This document shows positions 50,120 through 64,000 of a DNA stretch of 64,000 bases, in pieces. This DNA is from Lepidodermella squamata (Eukaryota > Animalia > Gastrotricha). The translations under genes were made by a program, and so were the position numbers. The notes under the pieces were generated by a model. That model had not been told where the DNA came from. It worked only from the letters and a program-made list of their open reading frames with translations, and searched no databases. Where the stretch lies: the NCBI GenBank assembly GCA_047495785.1, contig JBLDXI010000013.1, positions 1,054,001 to 1,118,000 on the forward strand, read 5' to 3'. Each line of letters opens with the position of its first letter. The first letter of the stretch is position 1.

Positions 50120-53100
50120 ATGACACGACAAAACTCAGTGGTTACTTTCGTTGAAGCACATGGATCTTTTCTGTACGTTTGGTTGCAAAGCAACCTGGAA
50201 TCTGTCGAATCTCTTCATGCCACTATTTCAACTGCGGTAGCTAACTTGAAGCGCGCTGATGAAACCGACGTTTGCCCTGGCGCTGTTTTATTGGGCCAAG
50301 GTGCCGATAAACAGTTCTATCGAGTGCGTTCGATCCGCCCGAGCTTCGAGTTTGAACACCAGTACCGCTGCTTCTTTTTTGATTACGGAAATTTCGAAAC
50401 ACTTCCGCTGGAAAAACTGTTCAAACTCCCCCAAGAACTTTGTTTAAGAGAAATTCCTCAACAAGCTTGCTGTTATATGCTTGATGGTATTGTAGCGAAG
50501 ACAAATGACAATTGGCCGGACAACATGATGGCTTCGCTCAGTCAGCGGCTTGTTGAACGCGAATATGTTGTTGAAGAACTAGGCCATTGCGGTCCATATC
50601 CGGTTATTCGTCTACTCGAAAGCTCCACCTTCGTAGATGTTGTTGATAGTTTAACTAATGCTGGCTTGGGACGCCGCGAATCTGCGTATGGACGCTGGGT
50701 ATCATTCATTCCTCCTAACCCGAAGCTGTTCAGTGGGTCGATATTAACTGTTCAAATAGCCGAAGTTGAGAGCGCTGGAGACTTCAGTGTAACTATCGAG
50801 CCCAACATTCTAGATATCGATCTAGGTACGATCATGTTGGCCACCGCTAGCTCTCCGAAATCCCCGATCACCGGACAGGTCCGGCCGCAAATGCTTTGCT
50901 TAGCTCGCGTCGACACTCCAGTGGAAGGTAGTTCATTCTATCGTGCAGAGATTCATTCTACTGAATCTAATGGAAATGTAACCCTTCGCTTGCTCGATAT
51001 TGGCAAAAAAGTGATTTTACCGGCCGCCGCTCTTTTCTCAATGGCTCCTGAACTTCTTCGAATTCCGCCTCTTTCACTTCGAATGTGCCTCGGTGGCCTT
51101 GAAATGGCGACTGATGACCACAGCGCCCATGCTCAAACCGAGTGGCTCCGAAATTTGAGTGTTCGACGTGAATTGGTGCAAGTCACGATTTTGCATACCT
51201 TGACTCCGAATTTTTACGCTGTTGCGATTAGCGAAATGGGCATCATCAATTTATCTCCATTGCCCTACCGCCTTCTGCCAATGCTGGCACAGCGGCCGTT
51301 CGACTTGTATCTGAATCGATCTCTAGCCTCGGTCGCATTCAACGAACCGATTCTGCCGTCTGTTTTGCACTCATCTTTACCGTCCTACGATTGGCTTCAA
51401 GCAGCCTTCTTATCGCATTTGACCGTCAATTCGCTGCCACGCCTGCCACCAAGCGCATGTCGCACCGGTGTTTTCTGCGTGGTTTTCGACCGATCGGACC
51501 CTGACGCGCCCTACCCGCTTCGTTGCGTTATCATGACCCCAATCGGAGGTGTACAAATGCGTTGTATGGTGTACGAAATCGACACTGGCAAGCAGTCAAT
51601 TCACCTGCCCAATGACATTTACATCGCTCCGGCTTGGGCTTTCGCTCATCCAGCTTTTTGCGTGCCGGTTGTTGCATTCGACCTCGAAGGCAACGCTTCA
51701 ATCCCCCGGGGCAGTGCGATCAAAGCGCGAGCGGTACATCGCGAGCCGGTTGGAACACCTGCTGGAATCGTTGTCATCCAGGAAATGATCACATCGCAGC
51801 CACAACTTAACGAGGCTACACCCCGCGGCCTTCCGATAATCCAAGAGGTACGTCTTAATGAACACTCTCAATTTTACAGAATATCATTTTGAATTGCATG
51901 TCTTTAATGAAAGATACGATGAAAGAGCCAAATAAGTAAAATCAAATGTATATTTTAAGGTGATTATCGACGACTGGAATGAAACTGCTTCCGAAACCGC
52001 TAGCAGCACTGCGGATGAGATGGCCGAGTCATGCAACTTCCGAAGCAATGAATTCCGCGCCCCTTTGACTCAACTGCCCGCCGACGCCGAACCTTTGATC
52101 ACTCGCTCTACCTATGAAGAGCCTGAGCCTGACGTGCATCATCATAATGGGGAGAGCGCTGCTTATCACGACCCGATCACTGGAGATAATGCTCATCGAG
52201 TTGAGGAGGCCGTGCTTTCGGCTTGTTCTTCGCTGAGTGTGGCTATTGAAAACAGTCACGAGTTTCATGATTTTTCGGCTTTCTCCGGAAACAGCGATCC
52301 TGCTTCCCAGATCATCGAGGAGGAGGAGGAGGTGGATGAGGAAGAAGAGGATATTGAGGCAATGGGTGTTGAATTTCAGGATAAATTACTCATTGAGCCT
52401 AATGAAGTATCGGATCACGGAGATCACCAAATCGAAATAAATCATTCCGATCATGGGCTGCAGATTGTGGACTATGGATCGGGTGAGACTGAACCAGAGG
52501 CTGCAAGCGAAGAATTTCAGCGAGTCCCTCTTGACGAGCAGGCCGAATTAGAAGTATCGAAGAACCCTCAAGAACCCATTGCTGAAGTCGCCAGCGATAC
52601 TAAAAATGGCGAGGAAGAACGTGAGCAGGAGGAAGTGTCTTATGAGGTCGTCGTTCATACCTATGTCAGTGAGGTGGAGGACGAACAGCAAGAAAATGAA
52701 TCGCCTAAGGACTCCAATCCGGTATTTTCAGTGACTGTCGAGGCTCCTAATGAAAACGGTACATACAGCGATGAAGATAATGACGATGGAACTACTGAGT
52801 TTACCGAAGTTGCGGAAGAATTGGATGAGGATGAGGACCTGAGGTTGCAGCATCAGACTATTCAAAGCTGCCTGGCTGTTGGTGAGCGGAGTTCCTACGA
52901 AACTCAACGCTCAGTTCCAGCTCGTATGCTGAGTGAAAACGCGATCGCAAATCAACTCCTCAGCCCATCGTGCCCATTCAGCATCTTGATCACGCCGCCA
53001 TCTCGATTGAACTCGATGGATCCTACAGCTCACATCGAAAATCATGATCATACAGAGACCAACAATAACGTGGAAATTCACGAGAATATAATTAATCACG

Positions 53101-56100
53101 AGGTCGACAATACTAGCCAAACTGGTGTCGAGCCCAGTTCCAGCCAAGAAGTCGAGCCTGAATCCAACGAAGCGATGCCAGTTGAAGTAAGCAACTTCAT
53201 CGAGTCAGTGTCGATTCCTCGCACTCCAATGCCAGCAACCTGCAAAACGGCAGTTGTGTCTTTCGTTCCCGAAGATATTTTGGCATCAATGGAGTTCTAT
53301 GTTCGAGTTGAGGGTGATGGTCATGACGATCTTGCCTCTTTGACAAATCAGTTGGCAACACAGAATCTAGATACTATCGACGGCCCGATAAATCCTGGCT
53401 TCTGCTGCGTTGCTTTCTCGATTGGCGGCAAACCGTACCGGGTTGAAATTCTTGAGTCGATAATCGAGGATGTATCATTCAAGGTTCTATTCGTCGACGA
53501 GGGCAAGACTGGATTTTGCCGGAAACAGCACCTGCGTCATTGCCCGTCAGATCTTCTGGCTATTCCTCGCCTCGCCTACCGTTGCAAAAATTACGAAATC
53601 GAAATTCTGAGCCGTCTTCAAGAAAACATGCGGATTTCGTTGAAGCTTACAGAAGTATGCGAAAATGACCAGCTGAATGTTATCAAAGTATTGCTGCCGA
53701 CGATCGACGATCTCCAGCCTTTGAACGTGGTCAGTCGGCTTGAGATTGAGCAGCGCTTCGAAATTACGCATGTAGCTGCTCCTAACGAGTTCTACATCAA
53801 CATCAGACCGACTGGGGAAGATACAGAAGCTGACGATCATGTTTACGACCTGATGAAGTCTCACTTGCAGGAAGAGAATTCTTCGCCTATGTCTGAAAGC
53901 TGGACCAACAGTGGGCTTATCGAGGAGCGTGCACTTGTCGCCGTTTGTCCCAAGGGTCAGCTGTGCTGGCATCGAGCGGTCGTTGTCGCCAAACAAGACG
54001 GCGCCTCGTCAGCTGAACACAGCGCCCTTGTCCAGGTTAGACTTGTCATTAATCAGTTTAAATTTTGTTAATTGATCTTCTTTACAGTTAATCGATATTG
54101 GCGAAACTTTGATGGTTACTTTGGACTGTCTAAGGCCATTGTTTGTGAAGAAATCTTTCAGCTTGCCACCGCGAGTTGTCATGGTCCACGTTTCAAATCG
54201 TGAAGAGCTTTCTCAGCCGATTCTATCCGACTTCACGTGCCAATCAATCCTGCTTAAGCTTCAAGAACCTATGTACGGCAGACTTTTGATGCAATTTTCA
54301 GCTCGCGTCTTGGATCCTCGTTTTGTGATGGAGAACCCACGCGCCTCTTCTGAATCGCCAGTTATGGCCATGCCTAACTACGACCTCGATCTAACTGGAT
54401 CGACCCAGCGAGTGGCTGTTACTCATTTCGAATCGCTTCACAGCGACTTTTTCGTTCAACTGCTCACTGATATGAACGTAGCTGAGGAAATTGCCGAACA
54501 ACTCAACTCTCTTGGCGCAGGTATTGAGGGTAACTGTTCTCTTCGAGCTGTTGATAACCCAGAAATCGGCCAAATTGGCACTGCTCGTTTCCCTGAGAAC
54601 GAGGAAGGAAAGTACTACCGATGTGAGGTGGTTTCACTCGACCCGCTCACAGTTTGGTATTTTGACTACGGAAATTCCGAGGTCGTCGCGCGCTTGTACG
54701 AAATGCCGATGAGCGAACCGCTGTTCTGGGGACCGCCGCTGTCTCACCGATGCCGTTTACTTCAGACTGCGAAATCGCTGACTGAAAATCCCCAGTTAGT
54801 CGAAGATGCTATGCAAGAATACGAAGCACGTGTCGAACTCAAATTCCACGATCGAGTTTTACAAGACAAGCCAGTCACTTATCTGTGCGAGGTCATACTA
54901 CCCCAAGAGGAAGAAAACTCAGAAAACGGTCTGCCTCATTACCCGCATCTTCTCGACGGTGTCTACAGCATTACTCACATTGAGGGCGAATGTGAGGTTT
55001 TGTGGCTTCAAGCTGAGGATACTGCTCATCAATTGATTGAGTTGGAACCCGAACTTGACTGCTCCAAATTAGCCCATGCTACAAAGGAGGCTATTTTGAA
55101 GTTTACCCCTGGTCAAATTTGCGTGATTAACCGTCCGAGTGATGAGCCATCTGTTTACCGAGTTGAGGTATTGAAAGTTGGCAGAGATTGTTTCACAGTT
55201 CTTCATATCGATTACGGTCTTGAGGAGACGATTTTGTACTCGGATGTAGATGGCGAGTACTTGTCTGTTTACTCGATACCTCAGAAAATGAGCAGGCGAA
55301 TTCTCGACATTCCTCGTTTCGCTCTGCCTTGCAAGTTGCAGGACAATCGAAATGCGCTCAAGCGGTTCCGTTTGGACGATTACCAATCTATCGCCTATTT
55401 CGTTCGTTTCGCCCCGGCTCCTGTCGCCACTCCCCCGTTCACAATCGGTGAAATTCGACCTCTGGAAGATCGCACTTCCACTGCAACTCCAGGCCCACTG
55501 TCTGTTCGTGGTCCATTGTCAGCCTATCGCCCAACTATTTTCAACTTCCCTTCGCCCGTGATCGAGCAGAAGGAGGTGAAGAAGAAGGATTACCCATCGA
55601 CAATGACTGTTCCCCAAACTCAGGGAGCTTCGGTTTCTCGTGATACTGGATTCAATGACAACGTATTTGAAGGCAACGACTCGCCCTTTGAAACTCCTGC
55701 ATCAAGGGGTGGCAGCATTTTGAAGCCATCGTTCAACGATGGGGATCGATTCCGTGGTATTTGCGTTTATTCGCTCGGCCCAAGTCATGGCGAGAACAGT
55801 GACGTCGCGTTTTTCCACGACGAAAAACGAGCGGCCGATCTTGACACTCTATATGAAGCCTTGACGGATGTTTCCCGTTTACCTGGTATCGGTTTCAGCG
55901 ATTTGGAGATTGGTTCCATGGTAGCTGCTCGCTTCTCAGATGACGGTCTGTGGTACCGAGCTATTGTGCTCTCGAAGCCGCTGAATCGCGACCAAGGTCC
56001 AATGGTATTTTTCGTCGATTATGGTAACACTGAGAAAATTGCTTCATGCAACCCAACTGAAATTCGCCAACTACCCGTTTCCTTGTCGCCTGAGCGTATC

Positions 56101-57622
56101 AAGCCTATAGCTATTGCGGTTCGTCTCAATCGACCCGCTCATGTTGCTGCTATGCCAGTCACGTTCAATGTGGACGATTCCTTCAATTTTGAAGTCTATT
56201 CTTCAAACAGCTACCTCACTGGATCATACGCATCGGTAACCAAAATCCCTGTCCTGGTTGCGAATATTGTCGATTCCTTGGAGAAGCCTGTCAAGCCAAA
56301 GGAGGAACCCAGAGACGCCCCTCGACCCGTAACGCAGCCGGTTGTACAGCCGGTTTTGCAGCCCGTTCCAGCCCCGAAGCAAGATAAACGGCCTGTCATT
56401 CTACCCCTTCAACTAACAAAAGTTTTGTCTGAAATCAGCGCACCAAAGCCACCGATGCAACCATCCATCAAGTCAGAGCCCGTCGAGCCTGTCGCGCAGC
56501 CGTCGGGTGTGAGAACGGAGCCGCCTAGGGTGTCTCAACTTGTGTCGATCGCCAAGCCTGAACCGCGAAATGGTTTGTTTCATTACCTTTTTCCGATACT
56601 TGAAGTGTGTTACTTGAATTTCGCGTGCGCACTAAATTTAGGGAGGATACGCTATTCGAGCGCAGAGCTGCGTAGGGCCAGACAACAGCATGTGGTGCTT
56701 AGTCCGAGGCTTGTGGAAAAATTGAAGCTCTCAGGAATTCTTCGTAGTCACAACCCGCCACCTCACAACCCTAATGAGCATTCTCGTCACGACTTACGCT
56801 CACGGCCTGTCAATGGTAGGTGAAGCTCATCCTCCTCATTTTTTGCTAGTGTCTCCTCCAAAGTTGTTCGCGATGTCAAGGGAGAATGCGCGCGTTACAA
56901 AAATTTTGGCGGAAAACTTTCATCAGATATTTTCTTATTTTTAAGCTGCTGCTTTGGTACCTCAAACGCCTCTATTCTCGGTTGGAACCTTCAAGTTTCC
57001 TGAGCCTAAATCCGAGTACAATGCAAAGGTCGCTTGGGTCGAACCTGATCTTTTCTTCATTCAAGACCAATCGGTAGAAATTTCAAAACTTTCGATAAAG
57101 TTATCAGTTTTGTAAAATTGCTCAGGATGAAACGCTTACAAGCTTGGATTTGGTCGACTACTTGGCCCAGGAACAAGGCGCTAAGGGCGCCAGGGTTCCA
57201 CCTCGAGATCCCGTCGCGACGTTGCTCAACAAATCGTGTCTTGCCAAATGGAATGATGATCAAAGATGGTATCGCGGGGTTGTTCGCAGCATCGCTGATC
57301 AAACTATCAGCCCAGCAAAGGTCAGGGTCTACTTCGTTGATTTCGGCAATTCGGACGTGATGCCTACAACTGACATCATTCTACTGCCCGAGCAACCTCA
57401 CCTCGCTTTCGATGCCGATCAGCGTCAGCTTGTGACAGTTCCTGTTCTGGCAATTCCGATTTTGAAGGGTACCTCAAATCCCCAACTTGAGCAGAGTGTC
57501 AAGGTAAGCTATATTTCGCCGGTCTTGCTCAAATTTGAATTTTTTATTATAAGGTTGCAATTGATCGTCGCCCGGTGACCTTGCCTCCTTACTCGCTGAA
57601 ATCACTGGATATCATCAATTAG
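50120..57622 (+). CDS. Large multi-Tudor scaffold protein (about 9 extended Tudor domains; Tudor/TDRD6-like), 7 exons
   Basis: Repeated YR.....(F/I)D.G motifs: FFDYGN, LLDIGK, EIDTGK, FVDEGK, LIDIGE, YFDYGN, HIDYGL, FVDYGN, FVDFGN. Long acidic linker; exons join in frame through GT-AG introns. Confidence 0.9.
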
Positions 57623-58980
57623 TTTTGTATACCGAATGTAAAGGACTCAACTAAGAATTAATGACCCGTTTTGCGATACAATCGCTCAATGATATATGTA
57701 ATTTTCTTGATCTTTTTTATTGTTGCTCAGATGCACTTGAACAATCAAACAATTGCTCACTATTGAAACTTTGTATTGGTATTAATAGTCTGTCATTATG
57801 TGGTAAATTGAACCAGAATCTTGCTTATTTCCTATTAAGGAATATTTTCGACTATCAAAGTGCTCAAAAACGGTTTCTTGGTTAAAAATATGCAATCTAT
57901 ACCATATATTTGTATCATGTACTCGTTGTATGAAATCATCTGTCGACTGAAGTTGCCGAAAATGATCAAATGATGTGATCGCATTGCTCGTCGCTAGATC
58001 AAATAAAACATAGTTTTAATTTAATCATCAGTTTTTTGTTCATTTTCATGTCATCTTTCGTCTACTACATAGTAAGCCGGCGTGGTCAAAAAGTAATTTT
58101 TTTATCGGATCGATGGCATTCACTTGACTAAGGTAAGCCGTAGTGTAAAATTATTAGGAAACTCATTACTGACATGAGTGAATGTTTCTCTGCAGGCCAT
58201 TCTAAATCATATCCGTCACCATGCAATCGAATGATGCCGCGTGTCATCCCTGCCCTGTCCCTCAGCCTATATTGATACTTAGGAGGAATAATATACGTTT
58301 GTAGAATAGAGAGATCGCTTTCGTAATTCTGTCGTCGAGTAATATAACGTGTCCAACGTGGATAAAAGTATTAAGAAGATGGATTATTTTATTTTGAAAC
58401 GGGGCGTGATGATAACGAGTGAAGAGAGTGCCCGTTCGCATCCGCGGCTCTTCGATCAGCTGCAATATTTTTTCCTTACTTTCGCGCGCGTGCTGTCTTG
58501 ATGTATGCTCTTTCTAATAATGAAACAGTAAGATAACGATCGCGAAATTTTCTGAGCTTACCGTGACGACGGCGACAGCGACTACGCCACTATACGCATT
58601 GACTACGGGCGAAAATCTATAATTCTACTCATTATAGAATTATATACTACGGCGAGATGATTTTAGCAATAGCTTGGGTAAATCAACGACGATAGGCGTA
58701 GCATGTGGATTATTCCTTCTCCTTCGCATCCTTCCCTATTGCGAAAACAACATGCCTGAGTGTAGCAAGTCCGTAGTAGTAGCAACAGTAGTAATATCAT
58801 CATCATGTGCGACGGAGAGCTTCTGCGTAAAAATCAGCCGCTTTTCTGTTCGTAGTATTAATTTGCTTTTTTGCTGTCGTTAGCCTTGACATGTTTTTGC
58901 CGATGAATTCGAGTTTAAAATCATGTACGCCATTGATTTTCCGCTTTCCTATTGCGCGTGTTTTCTCTCATAGTATTCGT

Positions 58981-58999
58981 AGTAGTAGTAGTAGTAGTA
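58981..58999. repeat. (AGT)n microsatellite; reverse-complement (CTA)n tract at ~61329-61347
   Basis: Directly visible trinucleotide runs. Confidence 0.8.
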
Positions 59000-61900
59000 T
59001 TGTAGCGGCCCAGCAAAATAATGTCTTTCTTTCATTTGTGCTTTTTGATAATGCTAAGGTTTTGTCAGCTTTTCAGTGCACTATGCACATTTTTATGGTA
59101 TTTTTATTATTAGGGAAATAGCGTGAGGGGAAGTTTATTCAGAAATTGACGAATTGGGCTATATTATTGCGCTATTCCATTATTACTTTTATTATATTAT
59201 GAGCCCCTCGTAAAAATTTTATATAATAATAGTAAAAATTCGCATGTTGTTTGGTATGAGATTTTTCCAGTGCCGCTGCTGCTATGCTGTGTCCGTCCGG
59301 CTTTGCCTGAATGCCGATATAGAGCGCGTCGCTCAATAACACGGCCCCGTCTTTTTCGCTCTAAAATACAACACGTTGCCAGCGCCTCGCAGCTCTCACA
59401 CACGCGCGCCTCATTTTTCTACGCGCTCTACAAATATACGCGCAATTTTATATTTATTATTATTTTGGTTTTTGCTTGTCGTTTTCTACGGCACAAGAGA
59501 TGAAAATGACTGACTGGGCGCGGCGCAGAATGGATCGCTCGACATTCAAAATTTGCCTCTCATCGATATTTTTTCGCCGCGCTAGCGTATCGATGCACAT
59601 ACACATATTTGTCACTACGCCCCGCGCGCTCGCCCGCTCCCTTCAAAAATTTCCAGTCATCGTGCGCGTACTATACAAGAATAAAACAACAGCAGGCGTT
59701 CTACACACTGACATTTATTTTACGTCGGGTTGTTTTTGCCGCGATGCATTCTATCATTACTATTTTACTACAGTATGAGCTATTTTTCCACTACTACGCT
59801 ATTATGGCTAGTACTTTCTGGTCTCGGCCATTTACATTTACAATTATTATTTAGTAGCTCACTATGCGCGCCTTTCATATAAATACTTTTTATGATATCG
59901 CTATATTATTTTATATATTATTATTTCCATTTTCTGCTCACTCACTGGCTCGCTCGTTCAGTCAGTCACTCTCTATGAAAAATAACTTGAAAAATTCATC
60001 ACACCACTCGTACGGTGTAGAATGAATAGCATTAACGGTGCTTTTATTTGATGATCCAGCTTTTTCGCGCTCGTAGTTCGTAGTGATAGTAAAAATTATG
60101 TAATTTGGCGTAGTTTTTATTGCTATGAATGTCCACCATCATCATCACGTCGGTGCAAGGCTCATGCATTGCAATATGGCCTTGTCTTTTTTATTGCTCA
60201 GATTTTATTACTGGATAGGTCAGAGCGCTGTGAACGCTGTATAGATGACCAATGCGTCGAGCAAAATAAGCCCATATTACACCTAGCAAAAATAAAGGGA
60301 TTACTATCAATACAGTAAGCTTTGATTCCTCGCTTCCTACTGATTTCTGACTTCTACCGACCTGTTGCCATGGAGCTTGATATTGAGGACTTCAGCTGTT
60401 GAGCATCGGAAGAACGTTCGCTATGGATAATCTCCCAGAGTTAATTATCCAGTTGAAAAATCTCGTTTAGGTGACTTCTTATTTTAGCCTTTTTTATCGC
60501 TCGATTAATTACGACGCAGTAGAGCCACTTCTGAGGCGGCAGCTTTCACATCACTTACCTTTATCCGGTTCATAGGTATTTTTACTGCTTTTGTTACGAG
60601 CGCATTAATGCTATTATGATTATTACCGCGAACGGAGGATAAAACCATCAATCGGCCTTCGCATGGATACGGTATGAAAAAGCGCGCGCACACACACATA
60701 CACACATTGCGCCAATTTTACTACGACACGTACGCTCATTTTAATAGACGTGGAAAAACTCACTCGGTTGTAATACATAATAATTATAAAGCACCGTGCA
60801 TCAACGAGTCCTTTCTAATAATACATCATCGCATAACAGCACTTTTTGGTATTTTGGCTTCACACCGGCGAAAAACAGGGCAGAAAACAACGCCAACCCG
60901 TATCACTGTATAGCTGGGACTGGCCTGGGTTGGGTTAATAGCACATTGTAGTAGGTAGTAGGTGATGCAAAAAAGGGAGATGAAGGCTAACTCATCGACT
61001 GCACGTTATTATTTTCATATAACATAGTATTATAGGGTGGCGTGGCTCAGATCACTTTTTTACTTTTACGCTCACTACTCGCATATATACCTACGCGCAG
61101 GCACTAAGCACGGATGTGGATAGCAAAAAGGGGAAGAAATAACGCGCTTGCCAACAAATGTATTTTTAGTGGGCATAAAACATGATGTAGTCTGTAGTCA
61201 CATTAAATGGGTACCTTTGCGCGGTGTTGGTTTTATAATAATAATAATTCAGGTTTTCCGGATATTTTGCAGGAGTGGATGAGAGCGCGATAAAACATGT
61301 GATTGTAGTAAATAAAATATGCCAGTGCCTACTACTACTACTACTACTTTTCATCGATAGCTAATGGTCGACGGCGCAACGCGCAGTCATCATCGCTCCG
61401 TAGCTTCTGGTTTTTTTGGGCCGAATGTACCTTATTTTACGCTCGCCCCACTATTCATCGTGCCATAAAATATTAAGGCAGCTGGTATCAAATAGCCGAG
61501 AAAATGAAATGGCCGCAAGCTCACCGAACGCCAAATCCGCGCACCATGCCCCATTTTTTCATTGTTTTCCGCTTGTCAAAACTGCTAAATGTAGAGGCTT
61601 TACTACCACATCTTACGCCTTCAAGTTCCTGTATTGCGTACTATCATTTTAGCGTAAAAAGTACTATTTATATTACTTCTCATCCTGGTCGGGTTTCGCA
61701 TAAGCCACCAGCTATTAAACATTGGCGTGCTGGCTGCCTGGCCGTTGCTTTGCCCATTCGTCGACATGATTTTTTTTGGGAATGGGTTCTAATTCTATTA
61801 TTTTAGCGTTCTTGGCGTGTTTGTTGGGTGTTGATTGGTCTGCCCGCACAACTCGCTATCAGAACAACGCATACTGACTATAAATTACCTTAATATTACC

Positions 61901-64000
61901 TTATAATATGTTTCATCGAAGGCAAAAAATACGACTTGAAAAACGGCAGCATAGAACCACTATTATTGCCTACCTAGTATCGCATGAGACTACCTCCTCC
62001 ACGGCCCATTTCTCATGTTGGCAATATTTTCTATATCGTAAAAAGGGATGCAGGCTTACGAGGCGATTCTTCGCTTTTTGCAAGCGTGCTTGTCAGAAAT
62101 CCCCTTCACACACAAGTACAATGTAGTGTTTTATCAATATTATAGACGCGTAAAGCAAAAAGGTATGCTTATTATTTTTACTACACGTCTCTCAAAAGTA
62201 TATTGATGATGGTAGTACTGTGGAGCGTTTTTACTATGAGCCTGCGATTGTGCGATTCTTATCTTTATCGGCTTGCATTTTTCCGTACTGGTGGTACCTG
62301 AAAGCCATATATATTATTGCTTCATAATGTTGAATGCAGTTTTAGTGTTCGTGGTGCAGAAATCAAAACACTAAACGCTGTGGTCGCGTTGGAAACACCG
62401 CATTTGCGAGCGCCTAAATCGTTTCTTTTGTTCGATTTCGAGCTTAAAGCGGCTTTTCGCGGAAGCTAGGATGTTCAAGCTTATGGCTTGCTGGCTTTTT
62501 GCCTTGCACCTTTCCCCAAAGCTTGCCAATGTGGTTATTTCTTTTTTCATCTAAATAACGTGATGCGATAAGAAACGTGTCGCTCTGTATGTTATTGAAT
62601 ACTAATTGTGTAAAATACCTACTGCTCGTAGATTAAAAGACAGCTGAGGGTTATTTACTCAGTGCAATGGTGATAAAACATCGTTTTTGTTGTTTCACTC
62701 CATCTTTTTTTCTTGCTGCGCATGTATGCGTGAGCGCCTGTGAATCACCTTAGCATGCCACCCTACAACTTTTTATGCTCAACTACTATCACATCCACTC
62801 CTCGTTACGCCGGTGAAGCAAAAGGGCATCTTATGACATCTTGCCTGGATCTCATTGCTGTGCAAATAATTATCGCTCTTAGATAATGTTTTGAGCGATT
62901 AAACTCATGAAAACACATTTTTTCTTCAGATTGATGAGTAACCTGGCAATGTTTGCATTAATGATTATTACACTCTCAACAAGTATATTGCAGCTTATGT
63001 AGGTAGCAGTGGCGCTAATTAAATATCTTGTCCGATTTTTTTATTGTGCTATGTCGTTGCAAAAAATTTCGATGGCTTTTATTGTTGATGGAGCCATCGG
63101 CCAAAAAAGCGCGTGTCTGTGCAAACACATTTTTTTCGTCCAGCTTTATTGATGGAATTCGGCTTTGTGTGCGTATGTGTATGCGTGTTAATGTGTTCAG
63201 AAAAACCGCCTCTAGTTATTAGTAGCCTTAGCCATCGGATCTCGTCGACTAATTGAAGGCTCTCGTCACTGCAACGTTTTCATTGTTTTCTTTTTTTGCC
63301 ATGCTGCTACACTGCAGCGTTTTTTCATACTTCTATTCAGTAAGGTGGGTTTTTTCAGTTGACATGGCGTGGTATTTTGTAGTATTTTGTTCCCCCTCGT
63401 GTTATCTTGATTTCGTTCAGTGTAATGCACAGTTCTAAGAGTCAGAGCTAACATCCGTTATCAGGCTTTTTATGCAATCATGACTTTCTTGTAATAAATT
63501 TGCTAGCATAGGCCATTCGTAGTAGTGCCGCAATTTTATCGTTGGTCACATTTTTGCGCTCGCTTTCTCTCTCCAATGGCGGTAATTGTAATGTATACTA
63601 AGCCCAGTGTAGATGTAGGTAGTAACGGTGCACTTCGCTTTCTCAGCAACACCGTATAAATGAAAAATTACTACGATCTTCTCCGTTATTAGCCAATGTT
63701 TGCATTCTTCCACGATGTAAAAAAGGGGCTTGTTCGTTTAGCATGACTGGCTTTGTTGTGAATAATATCTAATTCGCGTTATATTATAATTTTATTAATA
63801 TGCACAACCCTAGGTTTGTATGACATGGAAGTGCGTGAGCGTAAAATAATATAATATTGTAGTAAGTAGTAAGAGACAGCGCTAGAGAAAAACGTAAAAT
63901 GCGCGTGTGCCCAGGCCCAATAGGTATACCTATGCCAAGCAGGCTTTATGTATTATAGTTAACGTGGTGACAAGAAATGCAATGGCAATTTTTACGGGAG

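Noticed and set aside
49853-50120. NCOA5-Tudor fusion protein
   Set aside because: NCOA5 has its own terminal exon with a stop (49951) and AATAAA. Its phase-0 donor is out of frame with the acceptor at 50099.
60950-60968. let-7-like aggtagtaggt
   Set aside because: Lacks the TGAGG 5' end and the 3' match; it is part of the local TAG-rich low complexity.

Overview
This is eukaryotic, metazoan-type genomic DNA from a compact genome. Most introns are GT-AG and about 45-70 nt long. The species cannot be assigned from the sequence. About 20 spliced housekeeping genes sit in tight same-strand runs: RPRD1B-ZNRF; a tandem ABCG pair; RRM gene-IDH3G; TIM21-PABPN1-RMDN-RMDN; RPL13-AHCY-HEN1; EMC2-RANBP9/10-KARS; and NCOA5-multi-Tudor. 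Calponin, CK2-alpha and a MARVEL-like gene stand alone. Stop-to-start gaps are mostly 53-270 nt, typically with a poly(A) signal followed 20-100 nt later by an unpaired pyrimidine-rich AG. This pattern fits operons resolved by spliced-leader (SL) trans-splicing (inference). Notable details: (1) the HEN1 conserved N-terminus has no in-frame ATG; (2) KARS hides a mitochondrial-type leader with its own acceptor inside intron 1; (3) a young 5'-truncated LINE has an exact 14-bp target-site duplication and a single in-frame TAG between the ORF1 tail and an ATG-less endonuclease N-terminus; (4) several older LINE fossils are present; (5) a nine-Tudor protein carries a frame-preserving exon with an eIF4E-binding-like motif. 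The last ~6.3 kb appears non-coding. All exon structures and homology calls were made by eye; no database search was run.
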